From IMG/VR virus record IMGVR_UViG_3300045988_110999: a DNA stretch of 64,000 bases. The stretch is one strand, 5' to 3'. Below the pieces are notes generated by a model, which did not search any database, was not told the DNA's origin, and was given only the letters and a program-made list of their open reading frames with translations. Positions 43,351 to 51,405 of the stretch are shown here, one piece after another; within the stretch, counting starts at the first letter, position 1, and each line of letters starts with the position of its first letter. The DNA is from a virus. The position numbers and the translations under genes were made by a program.

Positions 43351-43599
43351 ATGATGAATAACGACGAAATGGTATTGACGATGAATATTAGGTATCTACT
43401 CACGATGAATGCAAAAGAAACGGCCCTTTTGGGGGTCATTAAAAATCGTGTTAATGTCATCAACAACCGGAGAGAGAATAATTGCGAACCCTATGCCGGT
43501 TGTCCTTGTGACTGCCCCATAAACATAACTTGCACACAATGTTGGTCCAGGGCAATAGCCAGGTTTGTGTGTATAGAAGACAATGCGCCCGTTTTATGA
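43351..43599 (+). CDS. CxxCW small Cys-rich protein, paralog 4 of 5
   Basis: 82 aa, MMNNDEMVLTMNIRYL...YAGCPCDCPINITCTQCWSRAIARF. Confidence 0.65.
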   Translation: MMNNDEMVLTMNIRYLLTMNAKETALLGVIKNRVNVINNRRENNCEPYAGCPCDCPINITCTQCWSRAIARFVCIEDNAPVL

Positions 43600-43610
43600 G
43601 AGGTGATACT

Positions 43611-43862
43611 ATGATAGAATGTGAAATCTATATGACACTGGCAATGAGAAATGTTTACGATAACGACTTCGTAAGGCCTTTAAAAATCAAGGACAGGGTT
43701 AAATACTTTGCCTCAGCGTACAAAGAAAGAAAGGCTACTAAAAGCTGGGTATATTGCGGGCATCCGGTTACACTATCATTTTGCCACTTTTCGTGCCCTG
43801 ATTGTTGGAGACATTGGACAAAAGAATTTACAGACAATAAACAAGACCATTGCGATTTATAA
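43611..43862 (+). CDS. CxxCW small Cys-rich protein, paralog 5 of 5 (most diverged)
   Basis: 83 aa, MIECEIYMTLAMRNVY...YCGHPVTLSFCHFSCPDCWRHWTKEF. SD GAGAGGTGA. Confidence 0.6.
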   Translation: MIECEIYMTLAMRNVYDNDFVRPLKIKDRVKYFASAYKERKATKSWVYCGHPVTLSFCHFSCPDCWRHWTKEFTDNKQDHCDL

Positions 43863-43876
43863 GGAGGAAACTGCCT

Positions 43877-44281
43877 ATGAAGCAAATCAACAGTTTTGCA
43901 AAGAAGATGGTAAACCGATTAAAGAAAGAAGGTTTTACGATTCAATACTACCATGCCCGAAGTACGAACAGTGTGTATCTTAAATTAGATTATGGTATGG
44001 GGCATAGTATCCGTATCAGCGACCACAAAGGGAAACACCATTTAAAGTATCGGTACAACATGGTTATGTATGGAACCAAACCTAGGAAGTGTATCTCTAA
44101 ATTCGGCCCCCGCTATTTTGCCCCATTCAAGAACATGGAGTATATGGTGGGGATTATTAAAAAGGAGAAAGTAGGCTTAATTAATCGAATTGGAACTGAT
44201 AAGTATGAAGAGGGTATGAAACTTAACTTCCTGATTAACGATGGCAAGCCTGGGTTTTGGGCGAATTATAAATTAGTATAG
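43877..44281 (+). CDS. Hypothetical basic protein
   Basis: ATG at 43877 after AAGGAGGA. 134 aa, contains GHSIRISDHKGKHH. Confidence 0.6.
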   Translation: MKQINSFAKKMVNRLKKEGFTIQYYHARSTNSVYLKLDYGMGHSIRISDHKGKHHLKYRYNMVMYGTKPRKCISKFGPRYFAPFKNMEYMVGIIKKEKVGLINRIGTDKYEEGMKLNFLINDGKPGFWANYKLV

Positions 44282-44293
44282 GAGGTGTATCCA

Positions 44294-44590
44294 ATGACGT
44301 TCTATATGCTGGTAGAAAAGAATGATGCTTTGAATACGTCCGAGGTTGCCGTATATAGGGATTTCTCAAAGGCAGATGAAGCATTTAAAAGAAGACTCTC
44401 CTCCTGTTGGGATGCTTATTTAGGGAAGTATACCAAGACAGAGTTTTTCCGCGGCTTACCCTATACCGACAGTGGCGGACGTTCTTACAAGGAGTGTATG
44501 AAAGACCACATCTTTGTCGCCTCTAGGAAAGAAGGTACTTTTTCTTATGAAATGGCTGTAGTTGACGAAGGGTCTAGTTTCCAATTCTAA
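44294..44590 (+). CDS. Hypothetical protein
   Basis: ATG at 44294, 8 nt after GGAGG. 98 aa. Confidence 0.55.
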   Translation: MTFYMLVEKNDALNTSEVAVYRDFSKADEAFKRRLSSCWDAYLGKYTKTEFFRGLPYTDSGGRSYKECMKDHIFVASRKEGTFSYEMAVVDEGSSFQF

Positions 44591-44603
44591 GGAGGTATGA
44601 TTT

Positions 44604-45359
44604 ATGGAATTAGTAAAAGTCGTAAACAATCAGTTAGTAACGGATAGCAGGCAGGTAGCAGGAGCTTTTGGGAAACGACATGACAATGTTATAGCTACTG
44701 TTAGGGGTCTCCTTAAAAATAAGGATACCCAACAGATGTTCTATGAAACGACTTACCATAACGAACAGAACGGGCAAGACTACAAGATGTACCTCATGAA
44801 CCGTGACGGGTTCTCTCTCCTTGTTATGGGGTTTACAGGGCCAGAGGCTTTAGAGTGGAAGATTAAGTATATCAATGCTTTCAATGAGATGGAAAAGAAG
44901 TTACAGGAATCTTCCTCCCCCGCCCTCCCCGACTTCAGCGATCCGGTTATCGCTGCTCGTGCATGGGCCGACCAGTACGAGGCAAGAAGGAAAGCAGAAA
45001 AGGCTATTGAGGAAAATAAACCAAAAGTCATTCTTGCTGAATCCATCGAGGTAAGCGATACAGATATCTCAATCGGTGCGCTGGCAAAGATTTTAAAACA
45101 GAATGGTGTAGATATTGGTAGGAATCGTCTGTATAGCTGGATGAGAGAAAATGGCTACCTCATCAAGACAGCTAAGAGTTGGAACCAGCCTAAACAGATT
45201 TATATGGACGCTGGCTATTTCCGGATTACAGAGACAGTCCATGACAGCGGTTACGGTTATACTCCCAAGATTTATGTCACCACCTACGTAACAGGCAAAG
45301 GACAGAAATATTTCATCAATAAGTTCTTAGCTAGCAAAGATTTGAAACCAGTTGGTTAA
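44604..45359 (+). CDS. Rha-family regulator fused to a KilAC antirepressor domain
   Basis: The N-terminus LVTDSRQVAGAFGKRHDNVIATVRGLL is the Rha motif. The C-terminus AARAWADQYE...IGALAKILKQNGVDIGRNRLYSWMRENGYLI is the KilAC/Ant pattern. Confidence 0.8.
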   Translation: MELVKVVNNQLVTDSRQVAGAFGKRHDNVIATVRGLLKNKDTQQMFYETTYHNEQNGQDYKMYLMNRDGFSLLVMGFTGPEALEWKIKYINAFNEMEKKLQESSSPALPDFSDPVIAARAWADQYEARRKAEKAIEENKPKVILAESIEVSDTDISIGALAKILKQNGVDIGRNRLYSWMRENGYLIKTAKSWNQPKQIYMDAGYFRITETVHDSGYGYTPKIYVTTYVTGKGQKYFINKFLASKDLKPVG

Positions 45360-45377
45360 AAAGGAGGAGGAGTAAGT

Positions 45378-45635
45378 ATGAAGCAAGTCAAACAAAGTAA
45401 ACAGAAAACGACTCAAGAAGTTGTAGCCTATATGCGTCGGCAATCAAGGATAGACGCCCGTTACATGAACATGGAATACGAGGATTACCGGTTCCGTTGG
45501 AGGAACTGGCTCAAGGAAAAGGATAAGAGGCAGGCTGGATACATGTCTGCCTTCCTGTCCGATAGCCCGAACCTTGATAACCTCTATGTTTGCGAGGCTA
45601 TTTACTCGTACAAGAAAAGCGGGTTCATGCAATAA
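45378..45635 (+). CDS. Hypothetical protein
   Basis: 85-aa ORF with SD AAGGAGGAGG. Confidence 0.55.
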   Translation: MKQVKQSKQKTTQEVVAYMRRQSRIDARYMNMEYEDYRFRWRNWLKEKDKRQAGYMSAFLSDSPNLDNLYVCEAIYSYKKSGFMQ

Positions 45636-45676
45636 GGTTGCTTTGATATTTATACAATGATATGGGAGGTATTGTT

Positions 45677-45934
45677 ATGAGTAGTTATTCAGAAAAATAT
45701 AAATATATATACAAAACATTCAAAAAGGCTCATTTAAAGAGGTCTTTGGGGGATGAGTACCTAGACAGCATTGGAGAAACCACAAGGCTTCACTCCCCTA
45801 TGGTATACGAGGCAGAATATGGTATACTATACTTACGAGATGACGCAGTATTTGATTTATTGAACTATATAGAGGAGTTGAAAGCTAATGCAACTAAAAC
45901 CGTACCAGCAGGTAGCCGCCGACAGGATTTCTAA
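45677..45934 (+). CDS. Hypothetical protein
   Basis: ATG at 45677, 7 nt after GGAGG. 85 aa. Its end overlaps the helicase start. Confidence 0.5.
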   Translation: MSSYSEKYKYIYKTFKKAHLKRSLGDEYLDSIGETTRLHSPMVYEAEYGILYLRDDAVFDLLNYIEELKANATKTVPAGSRRQDF

Positions 45935-47069
45935 ATCTTATCAGCTTATCCTTGCCGATGAAATGGGGCTTGGGAAGACAGCAGAGTTATTGAGAGGATT
46001 GTGGCCGACATTCGTTAGCTATCGGACAAGGAAGATACTCGTAGTCTGCCCGGCCTCATTGAAATGGAACTGGGTACGGGAAATAAAACGGTGGTTCGGG
46101 CCATTCATAGCCAAACCGGATGACATGCGGCTCCGTATCGTCGTCACGAACTACGAACGGTTAAAGAACTACGTAGATTATGCGAGGAAGGGCCTTTTCG
46201 GAACAGTAGTATTCGATGAGGCCCATTACCTCAAAAATCCCAAATCACAACGGTTCTACTATGCGAATGTCATTGCCACTTACGCCGAAAAACGTTTCCT
46301 CCTCACGGGTACGCCCATGGTGTCCGGCCCTTGTGACTTAGCTCCCTTACTGGACATCTTAGGTCTGCTCCCCCTCTTTGGAGGATATGAAGGCTTCTAC
46401 AAACGATACTGTAATCCGATCTGGAATGGTTATGGCTGGGACTACTCCGGTTCCTCCAATAAGGACGAGTTGAAAGAAAAGTTAAAAGAGTATATGATAA
46501 GAAGGACAAAGAAAGAATGTGGTATCAAACTTCCCCCGAAAAAGATAGTTGATGTACCTGTCATAGAGTGCAAGCAGAGTTTCGCTGAATCCCTACAGGA
46601 AATCGAGGAACAGACACAGGTAGTCAATAGACTTAAATTCCCCTATTCTATCAAGTTCATAGATGACTTATTGGCTAAAGGGAAACGACCTGTCGTATTC
46701 GTTCACCACCGGGACTTAATGAGGAAGCTAGCAAAACACTACGGAAAGAAGGCGGTAAAGATAACCGGAGGCCAATCCATGGAGAATAGGCAGAAAGCAA
46801 TAGACGCATTTCAGGACGAGGATGTTCCTTTGATTTTCTGTTCCCTCCAAGCTTCTGCTACAGGGATTACCTTGACCAGTAGTGATACAGCTGTATTCCT
46901 CGAATACTTGTGGTCTCCGTCCGTATCTCAGCAGGCACAGGATAGGATTCACCGGTTATCACAGACGAAACCTGTTACGATTTATAATCTGTATTGTCCT
47001 AAGTCAATCGAAATGCAGAAAGGCATGAGGTCTTATGCAAAAGAGCTGGACATGAAAGGTATTTTGTAA
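45888..47069 (+). CDS. Compact SNF2-family helicase/ATPase
   Basis: LILADEMGLGKT (motif I), VVFDEAHYLKN (motif II), LLTGTP (motif III), GITLTSSDTAVFLE...QAQDRIHRLSQ (motifs V/VI). Confidence 0.85.
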   Translation: MQLKPYQQVAADRISKSYQLILADEMGLGKTAELLRGLWPTFVSYRTRKILVVCPASLKWNWVREIKRWFGPFIAKPDDMRLRIVVTNYERLKNYVDYARKGLFGTVVFDEAHYLKNPKSQRFYYANVIATYAEKRFLLTGTPMVSGPCDLAPLLDILGLLPLFGGYEGFYKRYCNPIWNGYGWDYSGSSNKDELKEKLKEYMIRRTKKECGIKLPPKKIVDVPVIECKQSFAESLQEIEEQTQVVNRLKFPYSIKFIDDLLAKGKRPVVFVHHRDLMRKLAKHYGKKAVKITGGQSMENRQKAIDAFQDEDVPLIFCSLQASATGITLTSSDTAVFLEYLWSPSVSQQAQDRIHRLSQTKPVTIYNLYCPKSIEMQKGMRSYAKELDMKGIL

Positions 47070-47083
47070 AAGGAGGATTTATT

Positions 47084-47284
47084 ATGAAAAAAATCGCTAT
47101 GGTATTGCTGTTAATGTTGACTTTAGGTATGGCAAGCATATCCGCATACGGTGGTAATCCTAGAAATGAATGTCCATATTGTGGTGCCCCCTCTCACTTC
47201 ACTGGACAACGAGGCTATTACTATAGTAACTCGTGGGATGTGTACGAATGCTCGAATGGCCACAGATACGACGTTCCCGACTAG
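47084..47284 (+). CDS. Small secreted Cys-containing protein
   Basis: 66 aa. It has a signal-like MKKIAMVLLLMLTLGMASISAYG followed by CPYCG...CSNGH. Confidence 0.55.
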   Translation: MKKIAMVLLLMLTLGMASISAYGGNPRNECPYCGAPSHFTGQRGYYYSNSWDVYECSNGHRYDVPD

Positions 47285-47288
47285 GTAC

Positions 47289-47330
47289 AAAAAAAGAGCC
47301 GGGGTTATTCTTCCCCGGCTTCTTTATTTT
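47289..47330. terminator. Bidirectional intrinsic terminator between convergent operons
   Basis: AGCCGGGG-ttattctt-CCCCGGCT flanked by an A-run (5') and a T-rich run (3'). Confidence 0.75.
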
Positions 47331-47763
47331 CCAGTTCCTTTTCATATCGTTCCAAAGCACCTCTTGATACTCTGGATTCGATAGATACGTACTTGGCAGA
47401 TTCGGTCTGGTTCTTGTTGATAGGATTCAGACCAGCACGGTCAAGCATATCTTTCGTAGCTTGGAAGCGGACCGACTCCGAGTCTGCATTCCTAGCTAAG
47501 TCCAGCATATTCTCTTTCATTTCTTCGGCATTATCCATAAAACGTTTCATCATTTCTTTTTGACGTTCTGCTAAGGCGTCTTTAACGACTTGTAATTTCT
47601 CTGGCTGGCTACTAGGACTATAACCAGCTACTTCAAGTGCTTTCTTTTTACTGCCTGTCGTCATTAGGGTATCTACGAATTTAGCCTGCTTTTCGGTGGC
47701 AGTCTTCTTTCTTTTTCTCCCCGGCTTCCTCCGGCAGTCGTGCTGAGGTTTATTATTTGCCAT
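47305..47763 (-). CDS. Terminase small subunit-like HTH protein
   Basis: ATG at 47763 after GAGAGGAGG. TEKQAKFVDTLMTTGSKKKALEVAGYSPSSQ resembles the Terminase_2-type N-terminal HTH, followed by a coiled-coil C-terminus. Confidence 0.55.
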   Translation of the reverse strand: MANNKPQHDCRRKPGRKRKKTATEKQAKFVDTLMTTGSKKKALEVAGYSPSSQPEKLQVVKDALAERQKEMMKRFMDNAEEMKENMLDLARNADSESVRFQATKDMLDRAGLNPINKNQTESAKYVSIESRVSRGALERYEKELENKEAGEE

Positions 47764-47813
47764 TTTACCTCCTCTCAAGGCCGTTTTTCGACCTTTGTAT
47801 TTCCACAGGATAA

Positions 47814-47827
47814 ATTGCACGTGCAAT
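47814..47827. promoter_or_regulatory. Perfect 14-bp palindrome ATTGCACGTGCAAT upstream of the terS-like gene
   Basis: Seen directly, about 50 nt upstream of ATG 47763. Candidate operator. Confidence 0.3.
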
Positions 47828-47851
47828 GGTTGTTATACCCGTCAGAGGCCC

Positions 47852-48058
47852 TCACAAGGGCTTCTTTTTAGATTTTTGGGCAAGATATGTAGCTGGCATC
47901 ACCCCGAATCGGTATGGGTGAAGAGAGCATTTCCTTAAAGGACATTCCTCTACCATTTTACTTGTCCCGTCTCCACAGGCTAGGCAGTGTTTCCGGATGG
48001 CTTTTAAGGGGGACGGATTCTTGGGAACGTCTACAGATGGGAGTTTCTTTCTCGGCAT
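47852..48058 (-). CDS. Small zinc-ribbon protein
   Basis: 68 aa, HCLACGDG...ECPLRKCSLHPYRFG (4-Cys pattern). Downstream of the sigma-like gene. Confidence 0.55.
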   Translation of the reverse strand: MPRKKLPSVDVPKNPSPLKAIRKHCLACGDGTSKMVEECPLRKCSLHPYRFGVMPATYLAQKSKKKPL

Positions 48059-48062
48059 GGAA

Positions 48063-48506
48063 TCACCCTTTCAAATATTCATACAAATCACCGAACTGTT
48101 CTGTATAATAAGGGATAGCCTGTTTAATCTTATGATGGATGACAGATAAGCGGCGGTACAATTCGTTACGGGAGATGCCGGCATCTTCGGCCATTTTTGT
48201 TGCCGTACCTGTTCTCAAGGTGTATTTGCTGAAGATTTCCCATTCCCTCTCGGTAAGGATAGAGCGTATCCAATCAATGAAATGAAGTATCTTTTCCGAT
48301 TCTTCCCAGCCAATCACAATATCTTCTGGGGATTTCCCCAGCTTCACGTACTGGTATTTATTCGTAAGCTTTTCTTTTTTCCGGTTTTCGTTTACGTCGT
48401 TGATGTATTCTTCTCGTTTTGTAAGTCTGGTGATGTTATCGCAGACATCTTCTCCGCTAATCAAGCCCTGTTCATAGCGGTCGATCAAGTCATCTAAGTA
48501 TCCCAT
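48063..48506 (-). CDS. Sigma-70 region-4-like transcription factor (candidate late-gene sigma/activator)
   Basis: LTEREWEIFSKYTLRTGTATKMAEDAGISRNELYRRLSVIHHKIKQAI is a region 4.2-type HTH. Confidence 0.6.
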   Translation of the reverse strand: MGYLDDLIDRYEQGLISGEDVCDNITRLTKREEYINDVNENRKKEKLTNKYQYVKLGKSPEDIVIGWEESEKILHFIDWIRSILTEREWEIFSKYTLRTGTATKMAEDAGISRNELYRRLSVIHHKIKQAIPYYTEQFGDLYEYLKG

Positions 48507-48760
48507 CAGGCTAAATGATGCCTCCGGTCTACTTCCAATCCTCTAGGGAGTTTGCTTCCGTAATAGTTATATTGACGGAGAACTCCACAGGGGATTTTTT
48601 TATTGACAAATCGCTTCACGGTCTCGATACCTTTATATCGGACCTCACGGGAAATACCTTCCAAGTAAGTTTGGGCTTCTTCCTTACTATCGGCAGAGAT
48701 AGCTGCTTTATAATATTCCCCGGCTGTATCTATGTAGAAAACATATACCTCCGTTTTACG
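48506..48760 (-). CDS. Protein-like 84-codon open frame with no in-frame canonical start at its 5' end; coupled (TGATG) to the sigma-like gene
   Basis: The frame reads ...VYVFYIDTAGEYYKAAISADSKEEAQTYLEGISREVRYKGIETVKRFVNKK.... A GGAGG-tat-ATG at 48744 sits in a different frame from the long ORF and closes after 4 codons. The first in-frame canonical start is the TTG at 48661. Confidence 0.4.
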   Translation of the reverse strand, partial: RKTEVYVFYIDTAGEYYKAAISADSKEEAQTYLEGISREVRYKGIETVKRFVNKKIPCGVLRQYNYYGSKLPRGLEVDRRHHLA

Positions 48761-48770
48761 TCACCTCTTA

Positions 48771-49085
48771 TCATTCTTCAACCTCCAGCTCCATGTATTG
48801 AACTCCAAAATCTATGGCAGAATCATAATCATTGAACACAATGTCGATATGGTTATCACTACCTTCTCCTATCCTATCCCCTACTACATACCTCTGGCCG
48901 TTCAAGTAAATAACCGTACCCAGAGGAAGGAAGTCACAAGCTACGTAACCTTCTTGTATCTCCATCCCGTTCGCCATGACCGGGCCGCTCTCGTAGGCAG
49001 TGTAAGCAGTACACATGACCTGCCAAGCGGATACCGGCATAGCAAAGGAAACTAGCAGGAGGAGGATTGCCAATAACTTCGGCAT
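48771..49085 (-). CDS. Secreted 3D-domain (RlpA/MltA-like double-psi barrel) protein
   Basis: Signal peptide MPKLLAILLLLVSFAMPVSA followed by CTAYTAYESG...ANG...VACD.LPLGT.IYL...YVVGDRIG...IDI, which is the 3D-domain pattern. Confidence 0.65.
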   Translation of the reverse strand: MPKLLAILLLLVSFAMPVSAWQVMCTAYTAYESGPVMANGMEIQEGYVACDFLPLGTVIYLNGQRYVVGDRIGEGSDNHIDIVFNDYDSAIDFGVQYMELEVEE

Positions 49086-49112
49086 CTAACGCCTCCCATC
49101 GTCATTCACGAA

Positions 49113-49298
49113 TTACATAACATTAAGCAGAAAACCGATTAACATAACCATAATCCCCCAGAACATGACACCCACGGTAGCACCGGCGTAAGAGGATATA
49201 TAGATAGACATGCTACTACCGAATATGAAGGCCCCTAGAAAAAAGATGGCCCAGCTGATTTCCGGTGTAGAGAAAAAAGCTTTAATCTTTTCGAGCAT
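49113..49298 (-). CDS. Small two-TM membrane protein
   Basis: ATG at 49298 after GGAGGTGA. The translation is MLEKIKAFFSTPEISWAIFFLGAFIFGSS...VMFWGIMVMLIGFLLNVM. Confidence 0.55.
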   Translation of the reverse strand: MLEKIKAFFSTPEISWAIFFLGAFIFGSSMSIYISSYAGATVGVMFWGIMVMLIGFLLNVM

Positions 49299-49884
49299 CG
49301 AATTCACCTCCGGTACACCATTCCTTGAAATGAGGAAGTTCCAGCATTTCGTCCCGGAACCACTTCCATTCCGGCAAAGGATGCTTGTCACGCTGCTTGT
49401 AAATATTCTTGAGCTGTAAATAGTTCGTCGTGATACGAGCCGTGAGAATCAATCCAGATGGGTAACTGTAAATCATACGGAGCCAGTTATCATGGGACGG
49501 GTCGTGGTTGAAATCTTTCACAACATCCTCAAAGGCTTTGATTACCTTCTTATCGGTGTACTTGATATACTCGGTGGTCATCTTGGGGATCATATGGACC
49601 GTACTCATAGAGGATACGAAATCAGCAAACGTGTACCGCTGGAACTGAGGCCATACCTTTTCTGTAATGGTTAAGTCGAACTGTACGACTATCCCTTTTA
49701 AGAAACAATCATGACCGGAAGCTGGAGGTGTGTTTGCTAAATTCCTCGCCCGCTTCCAATCGTTCTTGGTGGGACTGCTTTCCATCAATTCGGGATTGTA
49801 TGACTTTCTCATTGGATAGCCAGAGGCTATAACGGACTCATCGAGTCCGTATACCCTGACGTTGTGCATTACTTTATTTTCCAT
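49282..49884 (-). CDS. Divergent ThyX-like (flavin thymidylate synthase fold) protein lacking the canonical RHRxxS motif
   Basis: SGHDCFLKGIVVQFDLTITEKVWPQFQRYTFADFVSSMST parallels the ThyX pattern sGHxSxxEHxxxtFxIxxxSRxxxxQxxRHRxxSxxxxSxRY, and ARITTNYLQLKNIYKQR parallels the NxRxLxxxxxxR helix. However, RHR is replaced by QRY. Confidence 0.5.
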   Translation of the reverse strand: MENKVMHNVRVYGLDESVIASGYPMRKSYNPELMESSPTKNDWKRARNLANTPPASGHDCFLKGIVVQFDLTITEKVWPQFQRYTFADFVSSMSTVHMIPKMTTEYIKYTDKKVIKAFEDVVKDFNHDPSHDNWLRMIYSYPSGLILTARITTNYLQLKNIYKQRDKHPLPEWKWFRDEMLELPHFKEWCTGGEFDARKD

Positions 49885-49893
49885 GGCTTCCTC

Positions 49894-51096
49894 CTATTTT
49901 ACATAAAAGCGTCTTGCGGCTTCCGACTGACGTTCTTTGGAATACGAGCTGATACGTTTCAAGTAGCCGATAACTCGTGTACCATAATCAACGTCATGAG
50001 AACCACATTCCGTGCAATGGTCTTCTGTGTTTACGTTGATATAACCACAATCATTGCAAATGGTAACTAAGCAATTATATGTCCAGTAATTTACTCCTAA
50101 TCTCCCGGCCACACAAATTAAATCATATGCCTGATTCTTGCTGAACAGCTGGGCGATGTTAAGATGACATGCGCTACCACCATCGAGGTACTTAGTGGTT
50201 TCTTTCCCATGAAGGAACAACTTATCGAGAATGGTTAAAGAATCGTTTTCAACTGGGAAGAAATAAGAGTTATAGCAGTCACGGGGTACGGACAACCCAT
50301 CATGCTTATCCCACTGAGCATTTTTAACGCCAAGGCCCTCCGCAGGCACATATTCGGTGTTAAATCGGAACCCATATACAGCCCTATCTGCCTTATTGAG
50401 GTCGTAAATAACTTTCAAGTACTTGGATACTTCTTTCTGATATGCTTCTTTATCAACTACGGGGGAGAATCCTTTATATTCCATAGCTTCAAGCATACCG
50501 TTGATACCAATAGTACCAAACTGAGTATCGAAGTTAATAAACTGAGCTGTGTAAGCCGGTAACATACCAAGCTCGATGTAATGTTTGATAACGGCTCTGT
50601 GAGCGGCAAGGTATTTATGAATACGAGAAATCAAGTCACCGAACGGTAACTTACCTTCATACTGCTGTACGTACCGGTTCATGTTGATGGTAATTACTCG
50701 GAAAGAGCCAGTTGATACACCGCCAGCCCCCAACGTGTAAGAGAAGGTATTGTCAGCCAGTTCGTTGCGGAGCCGGCAACACGATGCGAGAGAGTCAGCA
50801 CTACGAGACTCATAGATGAAGAAGGACAGGCCCTTAGACATTTCTTCGGCAAGGAACCATGCAAAGTCCTTATCTTTCGGTTTCTTATCCTCGTCCAGCA
50901 ACACGGCGGCGGTAAGTACCGGATAGGTAAGGAGTTCTTTTTTGCGCTCCATGCGGAACCATTCCATAAAGAATTCCTGTAACCGACTCAGACTCTTGTA
51001 ATCTGGTTCGGTGCCATCAGGGAAACGGAAACCGCCAAAGATACCATCAAAGTAGTATTTATCGAATACAGAGATATTCCAAAACACGGATTGATT
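49894..51096 (-). CDS. nrdD: Anaerobic ribonucleoside-triphosphate reductase, exon 2
   Basis: After splicing it begins NQSVFWNISVFDKYYFD. It ends with the Zn-ribbon CNDCGYINVNTEDHCTECGSHD and the glycyl-radical motif RVIGYLKR. Confidence 0.85.
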   Translation of the reverse strand, partial: NQSVFWNISVFDKYYFDGIFGGFRFPDGTEPDYKSLSRLQEFFMEWFRMERKKELLTYPVLTAAVLLDEDKKPKDKDFAWFLAEEMSKGLSFFIYESRSADSLASCCRLRNELADNTFSYTLGAGGVSTGSFRVITINMNRYVQQYEGKLPFGDLISRIHKYLAAHRAVIKHYIELGMLPAYTAQFINFDTQFGTIGINGMLEAMEYKGFSPVVDKEAYQKEVSKYLKVIYDLNKADRAVYGFRFNTEYVPAEGLGVKNAQWDKHDGLSVPRDCYNSYFFPVENDSLTILDKLFLHGKETTKYLDGGSACHLNIAQLFSKNQAYDLICVAGRLGVNYWTYNCLVTICNDCGYINVNTEDHCTECGSHDVDYGTRVIGYLKRISSYSKERQSEAARRFYVK

Positions 51097-51405
51097 CGAG
51101 CGCCCTATGCTTTCACATAGGCTCTGACTATCTCTTACTAACGAATGTTAGCACACCATTTCGAGGAACGTATCAATAGTTCCCCTACTCCCCCACAATA
51201 GGGGATAGTCGATACACCTTCTAAACTGTAATGTTGGCATAACTTATACCTGCCTTTATATTATATATCGTATGGTAGGTAACTCCATAAAGTTTAGCTT
51301 GGCTCGGGATTGGCATACCTGAATGGCTTTAGCTTTCCCCGACAGCCGTTGAATAATCAACGACCTCGCTGATAAACGATTAGATGTGTAGTGGCAATAT
51401 TACTT
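51097..51405 (-). ncRNA. Group I self-splicing intron (309 nt, no internal ORF) interrupting nrdD
   Basis: P1: exon GUGGU (51410-51406) pairs with intron GCCAC (51395-51391), giving U-G at the splice site. P7: GACUAUC (51210-51204) pairs with GAUAGUC (51132-51126), the latter within AAGAGAUAGUCAG, which resembles the group I S element. P8 hairpin 51151-51138. P9 hairpin 51122-51103. The terminal G is at 51097. A 3-bp P10 is possible. Confidence 0.8.
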
